Assembly (NCBI GenBank): GCA_963782055.1
Contig: CAWAIF010000003.1
Location: 5,568,001 to 5,632,000 of the forward strand
Source: an uncultured delta proteobacterium
Lineage (GTDB): Bacteria > Myxococcota_A > Polyangia > Polyangiales > Polyangiaceae
Length of the DNA stretch: 64,000 nucleotides
Direction: 5' to 3'
Both the position numbers and the translations under genes were made by a program. Positions 18,447-27,850 of this stretch are shown here, in pieces (within the stretch, counting starts at the first letter, position 1; the number at the start of each line of letters is the position of its first letter). The notes below the pieces were generated by a model. The model was not told the origin of the DNA and made no database searches. It saw nothing but the letters and a program-made list of their open reading frames with translations.

Positions 18447-19460
18447 ATGGACCCGTCCGATCTGGACCGAGCGGCCGAGCTCCTCGTCCGGAGCGTACTC
18501 GAGCTCCAGCCGGACGAGCGCCTCCTCGTCATCTGCGACGAGGGCACGCGCGGCGCCGGCGACGCCATCCTCGGGGCGGGAGAGCTGGCGGGGGCGTTCG
18601 CGAAGCTGGTCGTCCTCGATCGCACCGCCGGCCCGCTGCGCTTCCTGCCGGAGGCCATCTCCCAGTCGCTCTCGGCGTGCGACGCCAGCGTATTTGTCGC
18701 GCTCTCCCTCCCACGAGAGATCTCGGCCCGCCAGCAGATCCTCCACAAGGTGCGCGAGCTGGGCATCCGCCACGCGCACATGCCGGGCATCGACGAGAGC
18801 GCCTTCATCCGCGGCGTGTCGATGGACTACCAGCGCGTCGCGGCCGCGGGCGCGGCGCTCCTGGCCCGGATCGAGGAGAAGCGGGTGCTGGAGGCGACGA
18901 GCGACTCCGGCACCAGCCTGCGGGTGGCGCTCGCGCACGACGCCCGGTGGCACGCGCAGCTCGGCACCATCCGCCGCGGCAAGTGGGGGAACCTGCCGGC
19001 GGGCGCGCTCTACGCGTCGCCCGAGTGGGTGAGCGGCACCTTCGTCGCCGACGCGTGCGTGGGGGAGTTCTTCGGCGAGCGGGAGGGCGTGCTGCTCGAG
19101 AAGCCGGTCGCCTTCACCATCGAGTCCGGTCGCGTGACGCGCGTCGAGGGCCCGGAGCTCCTCGCCGCCGACATCCGGGCGATGCTCCAGTTCGGCACCA
19201 ACTCCGATCGCGTGGGCCTGGTGTGCCTGGGCGTCAACGAGGGGATCGGCGCGCCGACCGGCCGCGCCATCATCGACCAGAACCGGCCCGGGATGCACAT
19301 CGTCATCGGCAATCCCGCGGCACGCTCGACCGGCGCGCGGTGGTCGGCGCCGACGTGCTTCGGCGCGTGCCAGGCGCGCGGGTCGGTGGCCGCCGGCCGC
19401 GCCATGATCGTGGAGCGCGGCCGCCTCCAGCTCACCCCCGCGGCCCCCCTCTCCACCTGA
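18447..19460 (+). CDS. Aminopeptidase, M29/AmpS-like (possibly degenerate)
   Basis: LELQPDERLLVICD, RHAHMPGI, GNLPAG, GTFVAD, GMHIVIG. Confidence 0.75.
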   Translation: MDPSDLDRAAELLVRSVLELQPDERLLVICDEGTRGAGDAILGAGELAGAFAKLVVLDRTAGPLRFLPEAISQSLSACDASVFVALSLPREISARQQILHKVRELGIRHAHMPGIDESAFIRGVSMDYQRVAAAGAALLARIEEKRVLEATSDSGTSLRVALAHDARWHAQLGTIRRGKWGNLPAGALYASPEWVSGTFVADACVGEFFGEREGVLLEKPVAFTIESGRVTRVEGPELLAADIRAMLQFGTNSDRVGLVCLGVNEGIGAPTGRAIIDQNRPGMHIVIGNPAARSTGARWSAPTCFGACQARGSVAAGRAMIVERGRLQLTPAAPLST

Positions 19461-19502
19461 CCCCCCCCAGCCCGCCCTCTCCCCGTGAGGAAGAGGGGGG
19501 AG
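19461..19502. repeat. Short REP-like imperfect hairpin between convergent genes
   Basis: CCCTCTCCCC-GTGA-GGAAGAGGG preceded by a C-rich tract. Confidence 0.35.
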
Positions 19503-19515
19503 ACAAGAGCGAGAG

Positions 19516-20778
19516 TCAGGGTGATGGGAGAGCGTCCAGGCGGAGGCGCCATGTCCAGGTGTGGGCAGACATGGAGCGGGCGGTGGCGGCGTCGACGACC
19601 TCGACGCCGAGCTCCTGGGCGTCGACGAAGACGAGACGGCCAGTGGTGCGTCCCTGCGGCGGCGTGAAGCGCACCCGCTTGCCGCTGGCGACGTCCAGCA
19701 CGTCCACCGCGGAGCGGTCCGGCTGCAGCCACACGCGCCAGGCCACGTGTCCGCCGCCGGCGATGGGATCCGGCATCAGCTGGGCGCTGGTGGGTGCGAG
19801 CCGACGCGGGGAGGGCGCCGCGGCGGCGAGCGGCGCGGAGAAGAGGTCGATGCCGGTGTAGTGGTTGTTCTTGTCCCGCCCCCGACCTTGCAGGAAGTAG
19901 ACGGTGGCGCCATCCAGCGCAGGCGCGCTCACGCCGCCGCCCGCGGGCGGCGCGTACCAGACCGCCGGCGGGGAGCTGCCGCGCTGGATGCCGACGACCT
20001 CTGGGATGGAGTCGGCGAGGAAGAGCGTCGTGTCGCCGCGCGCGACGGCGTGACCGATGGTGCTGCGGAAGGCGGGCCCCGCGCGCCACGTCGTGAAGTC
20101 GCCGGTGGACGGGGAGGAGCGCAGCACTCGCTCGCGGGCGTCGACGGCGCGGACGGACCTGCCGGCGAGGGCGAAGGGCTGGTCGAGGATGGTCTCGCCG
20201 AGCTTCGCCTCGGAGATGCGCGCGGCGGGCGCGGCCCACGCGGGCGACGGCGCGAACGGACCGGCGAGGAAGTCGAACTGGTGCGCGGTCGCGATCTCCA
20301 GCGCCGCGCCGTCGGCGCCGACGACCATCGGTCCGGCCGCGGTGCCGGTCGGACACTTCAGCTTCATCACGAGGCGCGGAGGCCCGTCGGGCGGGCCGAG
20401 GACGTAGCGCTCGCCGTCGCCGGAGAAGAGGACCGTGCTACGAATCATCACAATCGTGCCACCGTCGGCGAAGGCGCCCGTCGCGAAGAGCAGCGTCTGC
20501 GGATCGGGGGCGCCGAGCTCCTGACAGGCGCCCGCGGGGAGCCCGGTGCCCGCGCACGGGCGCCACACGATGCCGGTGGCCGCGTGCGCGGCGTCGTCGG
20601 CGATCTGCAACCGGCAACCGTCGACCGTGTGCGTCGTCCAGGTCGACGGCGCTGACGCCTCCACGCCGCCGTCGACGGGCGCGGGCGCCGTGGACGCGCC
20701 CGCCTCCACCGAAACTCGCGGGGATGCGTGCGGCCGGCACGCCGCGAACAGCAGGGTCAAGGCGGTGAGGACTCGCAC
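19516..20778 (-). CDS. Hypothetical lipoprotein (beta-rich)
   Basis: Lipobox-like LLFAAC after a hydrophobic leader; 3' part of ORF 19516..24045; start GTG 20778 or ATG 20814. Confidence 0.7.
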   Translation of the reverse strand: MRVLTALTLLFAACRPHASPRVSVEAGASTAPAPVDGGVEASAPSTWTTHTVDGCRLQIADDAAHAATGIVWRPCAGTGLPAGACQELGAPDPQTLLFATGAFADGGTIVMIRSTVLFSGDGERYVLGPPDGPPRLVMKLKCPTGTAAGPMVVGADGAALEIATAHQFDFLAGPFAPSPAWAAPAARISEAKLGETILDQPFALAGRSVRAVDARERVLRSSPSTGDFTTWRAGPAFRSTIGHAVARGDTTLFLADSIPEVVGIQRGSSPPAVWYAPPAGGGVSAPALDGATVYFLQGRGRDKNNHYTGIDLFSAPLAAAAPSPRRLAPTSAQLMPDPIAGGGHVAWRVWLQPDRSAVDVLDVASGKRVRFTPPQGRTTGRLVFVDAQELGVEVVDAATARSMSAHTWTWRLRLDALPSP

Positions 20779-20889
20779 GACGCGCAGGGTGCGCCATCCG
20801 GCGGTGGAACGCATGCCCGTTGGAGTCCCGCCGCGCGCCGGAGTTCCGCACCGGGGGGAACTTCGCGCGCGCCGCGCGGTCCGTTCCTC

Positions 20890-22236
20890 GTGAGACTCCG
20901 GCCCCTTCCGCCCGCCCTGCAGTCTTCCCGCGAGGGCGCACGCCGCGCCGCGCACGGCCCGTGGCTGGAGGCGACGCTCCTCTGGTGCGGCGATCCCCTG
21001 CGGGTGATCCACGTCGCCCCTCGCGCCACGCTCACCGCCGCAGACCTGGACGTCCCGGAGACCGAAGGCGCGGACCTGAGCGCGCCGCTGGTGCTGCCCG
21101 CGGCGCTCGGCGAACGCACCGTCACGGAGCTCGGCGCGCTGACGCTGCGCCTCGCGCTCGTGGAGGGCGCGCCGCCTCCCGCGCGACGGCGGCCGGAGCC
21201 CGCGCCGCTGCTCGGCACGCTGTCGTCGATCCTCGCCCACGCCCTCGCCGCGCTCGTACTGCTCTGGGGCCACGCGGCGGCCGGCGCGCAGGACGACGTG
21301 GTCACGGGCGATCAGGTCCACGTCATGCGGCGCTACCTGGAGGCGAGCGACGGGCGTGATCTCCCGCCGCGCGAGGGACCGGCGCTCGGCGCGGGCCCGC
21401 TGACGGAGGGAACGCCCGGCGGCACCGGCACGCGCGCGCGCGGCGAGGAGGGACGCATGGGCGTCGCCGGTCCGCACCTGCCGCGCTACGCGCTCGCCGG
21501 AGACGCGCGCGCGGCCCGCCGCGTGGACCGTGACAACGCGCTGCTCGAGGCGCGCGACTTCGGGATCATCGGCGTGATCGCGGCGCCGGAGCAGGGTGGT
21601 GGGCCGGCGTGGACCGACCCCGTCGACGCGCGCGGCGGCCTCTGGGGCGGCGACCTCGGTGACGCGATGGGCACCGGCGGCCTGGGCCTGAGCGGCACCG
21701 GCGAGGAAGGCGGCGGGAGGGGCGCGGGCGTCGGCCTGGGCGCCATCGGCACCGTGGGCCACGGCCGCGGGTCGGGGAGCGCGATGGAGAGCGGCGCGGG
21801 CGGCGTCGGCGGCACCTGCGACGACTCCTGCGTGGGGGGCAACCTCGGCCACGGGTCCGGCACCGGCGTCGCGGTGCGCTGGCATCGCGTGGGCGCCGTC
21901 GTCACGTGCGCCGCGGACGGGACCGGCGGGTGCGCCACCTCGGTGAGCGGGCGACTCCCGCCGGAGGTGATCCAGCGGGTGGTGCGCCAGAGCTTCGGCC
22001 GCTTCCGTTACTGCTACGAATCCGCGCTGCGGCGGAACCCTTCGGCCGCCGGGCGCGTGACGACGCGCTTCGTGATCGCGCGCGACGGGAGCGTCGGCGC
22101 GGTCACCGGCGCGAGCTCCGACCTGGCGCCGGACGTGGTCGGGTGCGTCCAGAACGCCTTCGGCTCCCTCTCCTTCCCCCAGCCGGCGGGGGGCGTGGTC
22201 ACCGTCACCTACCCCATCACCTTCACGCCCGATTGA
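20890..22236 (+). CDS. AgmX/PglI C-terminal (TonB_C-like) domain protein, GltG-like
   Basis: TM helix, Gly-rich linker (GGTGTRARGEEGRMG, GGLGLSGTG), GRLPPEVIQRVVRQSFGRFRYCYE...FPQPAGGVVTVTYPITF; start uncertain. Confidence 0.8.
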   Translation: MRLRPLPPALQSSREGARRAAHGPWLEATLLWCGDPLRVIHVAPRATLTAADLDVPETEGADLSAPLVLPAALGERTVTELGALTLRLALVEGAPPPARRRPEPAPLLGTLSSILAHALAALVLLWGHAAAGAQDDVVTGDQVHVMRRYLEASDGRDLPPREGPALGAGPLTEGTPGGTGTRARGEEGRMGVAGPHLPRYALAGDARAARRVDRDNALLEARDFGIIGVIAAPEQGGGPAWTDPVDARGGLWGGDLGDAMGTGGLGLSGTGEEGGGRGAGVGLGAIGTVGHGRGSGSAMESGAGGVGGTCDDSCVGGNLGHGSGTGVAVRWHRVGAVVTCAADGTGGCATSVSGRLPPEVIQRVVRQSFGRFRYCYESALRRNPSAAGRVTTRFVIARDGSVGAVTGASSDLAPDVVGCVQNAFGSLSFPQPAGGVVTVTYPITFTPD

Positions 22237-22264
22237 GAGACCATCTGCCCCAGCCCGGCGTGCC

Positions 22265-22294
22265 TTGAGTTGCACCGCAAGCGGTGCGTATTCT
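22265..22294 (+). promoter_or_regulatory. Putative sigma70-type promoter with a palindromic operator in the spacer
   Basis: TTGAGT-N18-TATTCT; GCACCGC-AA-GCGGTGC at 22272..22287; GGAGGA RBS before GTG 22318. Confidence 0.45.
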
Positions 22295-22317
22295 CGACGC
22301 TCACGCCGGAGGAACCC

Positions 22318-23172
22318 GTGGCCCAGCAACCCCCGTATCAGGGCGGCAACCGCCCCCAGCAGCCGATGCCCCAGGGCGCAGCCAAGTACGCCGACCTGCC
22401 GCAACACGCGCGCGAGCGTCTCGGACAGATGCGCGAGCGGCAGTTCTTCACCAGCGACCTCTCGGTGAACGAGTTCCTCCTCGTCAAGGAGGTGGGCTTT
22501 CACCCGGTGGGGCTGGTGCTCGGCAGCAGCATCTTCCACATCGGCTACCAGCTGGTGGGTTCCACCACCAACTGCGAGATGCAGCAGCTCACCCAGGCGC
22601 TCTACCAGGCGCGCGAGCTCGCGATGGTGCGCATGGAGGAGGAAGCGGACGCCCTCGGCGCCGACGGCATCGTCGGCGTGCGGCTGGACGTGCAGCTCCA
22701 CGCGTGGGGCTCCAACGTGGTGGAGTTCGTCGCCGTCGGCACCGCGGTCAAGCACGACCAGGGGCAGAACTGGCGCGCGCCCAACGGCAAGCCCTTCCAG
22801 TCCGACCTCTCCGGCCAGGACTTCTGGACGCTGCTGCGCGCCGGCTACCGCCCCCTCGGCTTCTGCATGGGCAACTGCGTCTACCACATCGGCAAGCAGG
22901 GCCTGATGGCGTGGCTGAAGGGCCCGCAGCAGGGCGAGATGCAGAACTACACCCAGGGCCTCTACGACGCGCGCGAGCTCGCGATGGAGCGCATGCAGTA
23001 CGAGGCGAACGAGCTCAACGCCGAGGGCATCGTCGGCGTGACCGTCGAGGAGAACAACCACACCTGGGACAACAACATCATCGAGTTCTCCGCCGTCGGC
23101 ACGGCGGTCGCGCCCATCTCGCGCGATCACAAGATCCCGGTCCCGTCCCTCATCCTCACCGTCAACGACTGA
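22318..23172 (+). CDS. Tandem double YbjQ/UPF0145 (putative heavy-metal-binding) domain protein, paralog 1
   Basis: Two repeats of F(T/Q)SDLS...ARELAM.RM..EA..L.A(D/E)GIVGV...EF.AVGTAV. Confidence 0.85.
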   Translation: MAQQPPYQGGNRPQQPMPQGAAKYADLPQHARERLGQMRERQFFTSDLSVNEFLLVKEVGFHPVGLVLGSSIFHIGYQLVGSTTNCEMQQLTQALYQARELAMVRMEEEADALGADGIVGVRLDVQLHAWGSNVVEFVAVGTAVKHDQGQNWRAPNGKPFQSDLSGQDFWTLLRAGYRPLGFCMGNCVYHIGKQGLMAWLKGPQQGEMQNYTQGLYDARELAMERMQYEANELNAEGIVGVTVEENNHTWDNNIIEFSAVGTAVAPISRDHKIPVPSLILTVND

Positions 23173-23187
23173 GCGGAGGAGGCTTCG

Positions 23188-24195
23188 ATGTCGCAGAAGA
23201 TGCCCTTCGATCTCGGTCAGAGCCTGCAGCACGTGCGGGCCGGCGGGCTGCCCATCCGCGCGCAGATGCGCCTCGCGGACGAGGCGGGCCCCAACAAGCG
23301 CCTCTTCACCAGCGACCTGTCGGTGAGCGAGTTCCTCCTCGTCGAGGAGAGCAAGGCGCGCCCCATCTCGCAGGTGATGGGCAGCAGCATCTATCACATC
23401 GGCGTCGTCGCCGATTACAAGGGCGGCGGGGATCAGATCTACGAGATCAAGACGCTCTCCGACGGCCACCGCGCGGCGCGCCGCCACGCGCTCTCGCGCC
23501 TCTTCCAGGAGGCGCAGATCGTCGGCGCCGACGCCGTCGTCGGCGTGCGGCTGCGCGAGCGCATGATCACGATGGGCCGCCACGGCAAGGGCGGCGACGA
23601 CGGCGGCGAGGTCATCGAGTTCACCGCCGTGGGCACGGCGATCGACGCCAACTGGATCACCCACCCGCCGAACCAGCCGGTCATCACCGACCTCTCCGGC
23701 CAGGAGCTCTGGGCCCTCCGGCAGGACGGCTTCGAGCCGTGCGGCTTCATCTTCGACTTCTGCCGCTACCACGTCTGGCACGTGCTCAAGGACTGGACGT
23801 CGGGCAGCGGCGAGGTGACCACCGCGATGCGGGCGATCGACCTCGCCCGCAAGGCGGTCGAGGCCAAGCTGGAGAAGCAGGCGGCGCACTTCCAGTCGGA
23901 GTTCGTCGTCGGGTCGGACGTCAAGATCGACATCCACGAGGTGCCGTGCGGGTGGGAGGGCTGCAAGCTCAACGACCTGGACGTGGACGTGAGCTGGTTC
24001 GGCACCGGCGTGCGGCGCGTCCCCCACTTCGAGCCGCCGGAGCACCCCAAGGCGCCCGCGCTCATCCTCTCGATGATGCCGCTCGGTCGCCGCAAGGACG
24101 AGGTCCTGGAGGACGAGGAGGACGAGGTGGCGGAGATGGCGCGCGAGGCGGAGAAGGAAGCGGCCGAGGAAGACGACGACGGAGGGCGCGAATGA
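23188..24195 (+). CDS. Tandem double YbjQ/UPF0145 domain protein, paralog 2 (acidic C-terminal tail)
   Basis: FTSDLSVSEF, GADAVVGVRL, EFTAVGTAI, TDLSGQE; GGAGG RBS. Confidence 0.85.
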   Translation: MSQKMPFDLGQSLQHVRAGGLPIRAQMRLADEAGPNKRLFTSDLSVSEFLLVEESKARPISQVMGSSIYHIGVVADYKGGGDQIYEIKTLSDGHRAARRHALSRLFQEAQIVGADAVVGVRLRERMITMGRHGKGGDDGGEVIEFTAVGTAIDANWITHPPNQPVITDLSGQELWALRQDGFEPCGFIFDFCRYHVWHVLKDWTSGSGEVTTAMRAIDLARKAVEAKLEKQAAHFQSEFVVGSDVKIDIHEVPCGWEGCKLNDLDVDVSWFGTGVRRVPHFEPPEHPKAPALILSMMPLGRRKDEVLEDEEDEVAEMAREAEKEAAEEDDDGGRE

Positions 24196-25193
24196 GCCAG
24201 CAACGTCCGCCGGGCGGGCCGCAGAACCCGCAGAACCCGCAGCAGTACGCCCAAGGTCACCCCTACGCGCCGCAGTCCGGCGTGTCCGCGCCGTACGCGC
24301 AGCAGCAGCGCGGGCCGGGCAACTACCCGCCTCCGCCCGCCGCGCCGGAGGGCTTCGCGCCCATGCCGGCCGATTTGCCGCAGCACGCGCGCGAGCGCCT
24401 CGTCGAGATGCGGCAGCGCCACCTGTTCACCAGCGACCTCTCGGTGAACGAGTTCCTCCTCATCAAGGAGGCGGGCTTCGACCCCCTCGGCCTGGTGATG
24501 GGCAGCTCCGTCTACCAGATGCAGCCGCGCATTCCCCAGATGTCGTACGGCGAGTACGGCACCGAGGTGGGCTGGATGTCGCACGCGCTCTACCACTCGC
24601 GCCAGCTCGCCATGAACCGCATGGAAGAGGAGGCCGACCAGCTCGGCGCGGACGGCATCGTCGGCGTGTGGCTGGACGTGAAGATGCACGCCTTCGGCAA
24701 GGGCATCCTGGAGTTCATGGCGGTGGGGACGGCGATCAAGCACCGTCACGGACACCCGTACCGCAACAAGCACGGCAAGCCCTTCCAGTCCGACCTCTCC
24801 GGTCAGGACTTCTGGACGCTCATCAAGGCCGGCTACAGGCCCTGCGGCTTCTGCATGGGCAACTGCGTCGCGTACGTCCCGCCGGAGACCCTCGGCCAGA
24901 TCGGCGGCGACAACCGCGAGCTCGCCGAGTACACGCACGTCATGTACGACGCCCGCGAGCTCGCCATCGGCCGCCTCCAGTACGAGGCGGAGACCCTCGG
25001 CGCCGAGGGCATCGTCGGCGTCACCGTCGAGGAGAAGGAGCACAGCTGGGGCGGCGCGGGCCGCTACGACGGCAACGCCGCGCTCTACAACGGCGAGCTC
25101 ATCGAGCTCTTCGTCGTGGGCACCGCCGTCGTCCGCTTCGACGAGGCCGGCGCCCTCCCCCCCGTGACCCTGGCCGTCCCGCTGGACACGTGA
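24192..25193 (+). CDS. Tandem double YbjQ/UPF0145 domain protein, paralog 3 (Q/P/G/Y-rich N-terminus)
   Basis: ATGA overlap with paralog 2; FTSDLSVNEF, LGADGIVGV, FQSDLSGQDFWTL, LGAEGIVGVTVEE. Confidence 0.85.
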   Translation: MSQQRPPGGPQNPQNPQQYAQGHPYAPQSGVSAPYAQQQRGPGNYPPPPAAPEGFAPMPADLPQHARERLVEMRQRHLFTSDLSVNEFLLIKEAGFDPLGLVMGSSVYQMQPRIPQMSYGEYGTEVGWMSHALYHSRQLAMNRMEEEADQLGADGIVGVWLDVKMHAFGKGILEFMAVGTAIKHRHGHPYRNKHGKPFQSDLSGQDFWTLIKAGYRPCGFCMGNCVAYVPPETLGQIGGDNRELAEYTHVMYDARELAIGRLQYEAETLGAEGIVGVTVEEKEHSWGGAGRYDGNAALYNGELIELFVVGTAVVRFDEAGALPPVTLAVPLDT

Positions 25194-25200
25194 GGTTCTG

Positions 25201-26025
25201 ATGCCCATCACCCAACGATCCGAGCCCGCCCTCAGCGACCTCTCCGTCACCGAATTTCTCACCCTCTCGCGCGCGGGCTTCCTGCCGATGGGCATGGTCA
25301 TCGGCACCAGCGTCTACGACGCAGGCTTCGCCGGCCCGTGGGGGCAGACGCGTGAGGTCACCGCCCTGAGCAACGCCATGCACAAGGCGCGGCACCTGGC
25401 GGTTGCGCGCATGCGCGATCAGGCCAAGGGCCACGGCGCCGAGGGCGTCGTCGGCGTCCGCCTGCAGGTCGAGCACCACGTCTGGCGCGGCGGCCACAAC
25501 GTCGCCAAGTTCGTGGCGCTCGGCACCGCCGTCGCGTTCGACCGCGAGCACGCCCCCCAGAAGCTGAAGCACGCCCCGAGCCTTCTGCTCGCCAAGGGGC
25601 GCCCCTTCACCTCCGACCTCTCCGGCCAGGACTTCATCACGCTGCTGCGCGCGGGCTTTCGCCCGGTGGAGCTGGCGATGGGGAGCTGCGTCTACGAGAT
25701 CAACGGCGCCTACTTCGGCACCTACCTGATGGGGAACAACTGGCAGGCCGAGGAGATGGTCCAGTACACGCAGGCCTTCTTCAACGCGCGCGAGGCGGCG
25801 ATGGAGCGCCTCACCGACGACCTGCACCGCGACCACCCGAAGAACAGCCCCGACGCCCCCTCCGGCATCGTGGGCGTCACGGTGGAGGAGAAGGTGCACC
25901 CCGGGCTGAACTTCGTCGTGGAGTACAGCGCCATCGGCACCGCCATCGCGCCCATCGCGCCGGACGACCCGCGCCGCGCCGCGCAGCTGCCCAACCCGAC
26001 CATCGTCGTCCCGCTGGACCGCTAG
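25201..26025 (+). CDS. Tandem double YbjQ/UPF0145 domain protein, paralog 4
   Basis: LSDLSVTEF, GAEGVVGVRL, FTSDLSGQDF, GIVGVTVEE, SAIGTAI. Confidence 0.85.
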   Translation: MPITQRSEPALSDLSVTEFLTLSRAGFLPMGMVIGTSVYDAGFAGPWGQTREVTALSNAMHKARHLAVARMRDQAKGHGAEGVVGVRLQVEHHVWRGGHNVAKFVALGTAVAFDREHAPQKLKHAPSLLLAKGRPFTSDLSGQDFITLLRAGFRPVELAMGSCVYEINGAYFGTYLMGNNWQAEEMVQYTQAFFNAREAAMERLTDDLHRDHPKNSPDAPSGIVGVTVEEKVHPGLNFVVEYSAIGTAIAPIAPDDPRRAAQLPNPTIVVPLDR

Positions 26026-26075
26026 CCGCCGACGCGGCGGGGCACGCGCCGCCTCGTGCTACCTTCCGGCGCCTC

Positions 26076-27602
26076 ATGGCGTCGAGCGTCCAGCACTTCG
26101 ATGACCTGGTCATCGGCTCGGGCATGGCGGGTCTGTCCGTCGCCGGGCTGCTCGCCCGGGCGGGGCGTCGCGTCGTGGTGCTCGAGGCGCACGACACGCC
26201 GGGAGGGTACGCGCACAGCTTCCGGATGAAGGAGTACCGCTTCTGCGCCCAGGTGCACTACCTCTTCAACTGCGGCGAGGGGGAGAGCGTCCACAACCTG
26301 CTGAGCAAGCTGGGCGTGGAGAAGGACGTCCCCTTCTTGCGGCTCGATCCCGAGGGCTTCGACCAGGTGGTGGTCGCGGGGGACCGGGTGCGCATCCCCA
26401 ACGGCCTGCGCAAGTTCCTCGGCCGGCTCCTGCGGCGCTTCCCGGAGGCGGAGCGGCCGCTGCGACGCTACTTCGACGTCGTCGCCCTCCTGGGCGCCGA
26501 GCTCGATCGCCTGGCGATGCCCGCGGGCCTGTCCATCGAGGCCGTCCGCGCGGCGGTCCGCGCGCGCCACGTGATCCGCTACCGGAGCTGGACGCTCCAG
26601 GACCTCTACGACCACGTGCACATGCCGCCGCGGCTGCGGGCGATCCTGGCCGGCCAGTGCGGCGACTACCTGTTGCCCCCGCGCGACGTCTCCCTGCTGC
26701 TGCACGTGGCCCTCGTCACCCTCTACGATCGCGGCGCCTATTACCCCGAGCACCACTACGGTCACTTCGTCGACACCCTCGCCGGGGTCGTGCGGCGCGC
26801 GCCCGGCTGCGCGCTCTTGCTCGAGCACGAGGTCGACCGGATCCACACCGACGGGAGGCGCGTCACCGGCGTCAGCACCACCCACGGCGCGCGCTTCACG
26901 GCGAGCCGCTACGTCTCCAACGCCGACCCGCGGCTGACCGCGCGGCTCGCGGGCCTCGACCGCCTGGAGGGCGGCCGGCGGCGGGGCGACTACGCCTACT
27001 CGTGCGGGACCTTCACCATGTACCTGGGCCTCCGCGGCCTGGACCTGCGCGAGCACGGCTTCGGCTCCTTCAACGTGTGGCACTACCCCCACGAGGACAT
27101 CAACCGCGTCTACGACGACCAGCTCCTGCGCCACGATCTCTCCGACCCGTGGCTCTTCCTCTCCACGCCGACGCTCCACTCCGACGCACCGGGGATCTGC
27201 CCGCCAAAAGACCAGATCCTGGAGGTCGCCACCGCGGCCGACCACGCGCACTTCGCCGCCCTGCGACGACGGGACCGGCGCGCGTACAACGTGGAGAAGA
27301 AGCGGATCCGCGAGCGCATCCTGGACGTCCTCGACGCCCGGTACGTGCCGGGCATTCGCGATCACCTCGTCATGCGCGTCACCGGCACGCCGGCGACCAA
27401 CGCCCGCTTCGTGCGCGCGCCGGAGGGCAACTCCTACGGCTCGGCGCTCACGCCCCAGAACGTCGGCCCGCACCGCCGGCCCTTCCGCTCGCGCCTGGAC
27501 AACCTCTGGCTGGCGAACGCGACCGCCGGCTTCCCGAGCGTGGCAGGGGCGATCGGCGCGGGGATACGCCTGTACGAGGAGCTGACGGGGGATCGCGTCT
27601 GA
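26076..27602 (+). CDS. Phytoene desaturase/CrtI-CrtH/RetSat-family FAD-dependent oxidoreductase
   Basis: VIGSGMAGL, VLEAHDTPGG, VSNADP, FTMYLG, TPATNARF...GNSYG, NLWLA. Confidence 0.85.
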   Translation: MASSVQHFDDLVIGSGMAGLSVAGLLARAGRRVVVLEAHDTPGGYAHSFRMKEYRFCAQVHYLFNCGEGESVHNLLSKLGVEKDVPFLRLDPEGFDQVVVAGDRVRIPNGLRKFLGRLLRRFPEAERPLRRYFDVVALLGAELDRLAMPAGLSIEAVRAAVRARHVIRYRSWTLQDLYDHVHMPPRLRAILAGQCGDYLLPPRDVSLLLHVALVTLYDRGAYYPEHHYGHFVDTLAGVVRRAPGCALLLEHEVDRIHTDGRRVTGVSTTHGARFTASRYVSNADPRLTARLAGLDRLEGGRRRGDYAYSCGTFTMYLGLRGLDLREHGFGSFNVWHYPHEDINRVYDDQLLRHDLSDPWLFLSTPTLHSDAPGICPPKDQILEVATAADHAHFAALRRRDRRAYNVEKKRIRERILDVLDARYVPGIRDHLVMRVTGTPATNARFVRAPEGNSYGSALTPQNVGPHRRPFRSRLDNLWLANATAGFPSVAGAIGAGIRLYEELTGDRV

Positions 27603-27607
27603 GGGGG

Positions 27608-27767
27608 GGCCCCTCCCGCGTCATGCTCGGGCTCGTGCTCGCTCGCGCGCGCGCCGCCCACATGTGCGGCATACACGGACTGCGGCACGCACGCGAGCTT
27701 GCGCGCGAGCCCTGCGCGTGACGCCCCTCCCCACGGTGTCGCGCTCCGCGCGCCACACGGGGAGGGT
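27608..27767 (-). repeat. Dispersed ~160-nt structured repeat, copy A
   Basis: Reverse complement matches 28792..28953 and 62014..62172. Confidence 0.9.
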
Positions 27768-27850
27768 GGTGCGCTGCCGGTGCGTCCCTCGAACGAGCGG
27801 AGGGCGTCCGATGAAGAGAGCACCGGCTCGGGCGCACGCTATGCTCGGAC

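Noticed and set aside
22318..26025. Classical bacterial microcompartment or encapsulin shell genes
   Set aside because: No BMC-H/T/P or HK97-fold motifs recognised; only an architectural analogy is claimed.
26076..27602. Carotenoid biosynthesis cluster
   Set aside because: Only one CrtI-family-like oxidoreductase with no crtB/crtE neighbours; the substrate cannot be assigned.
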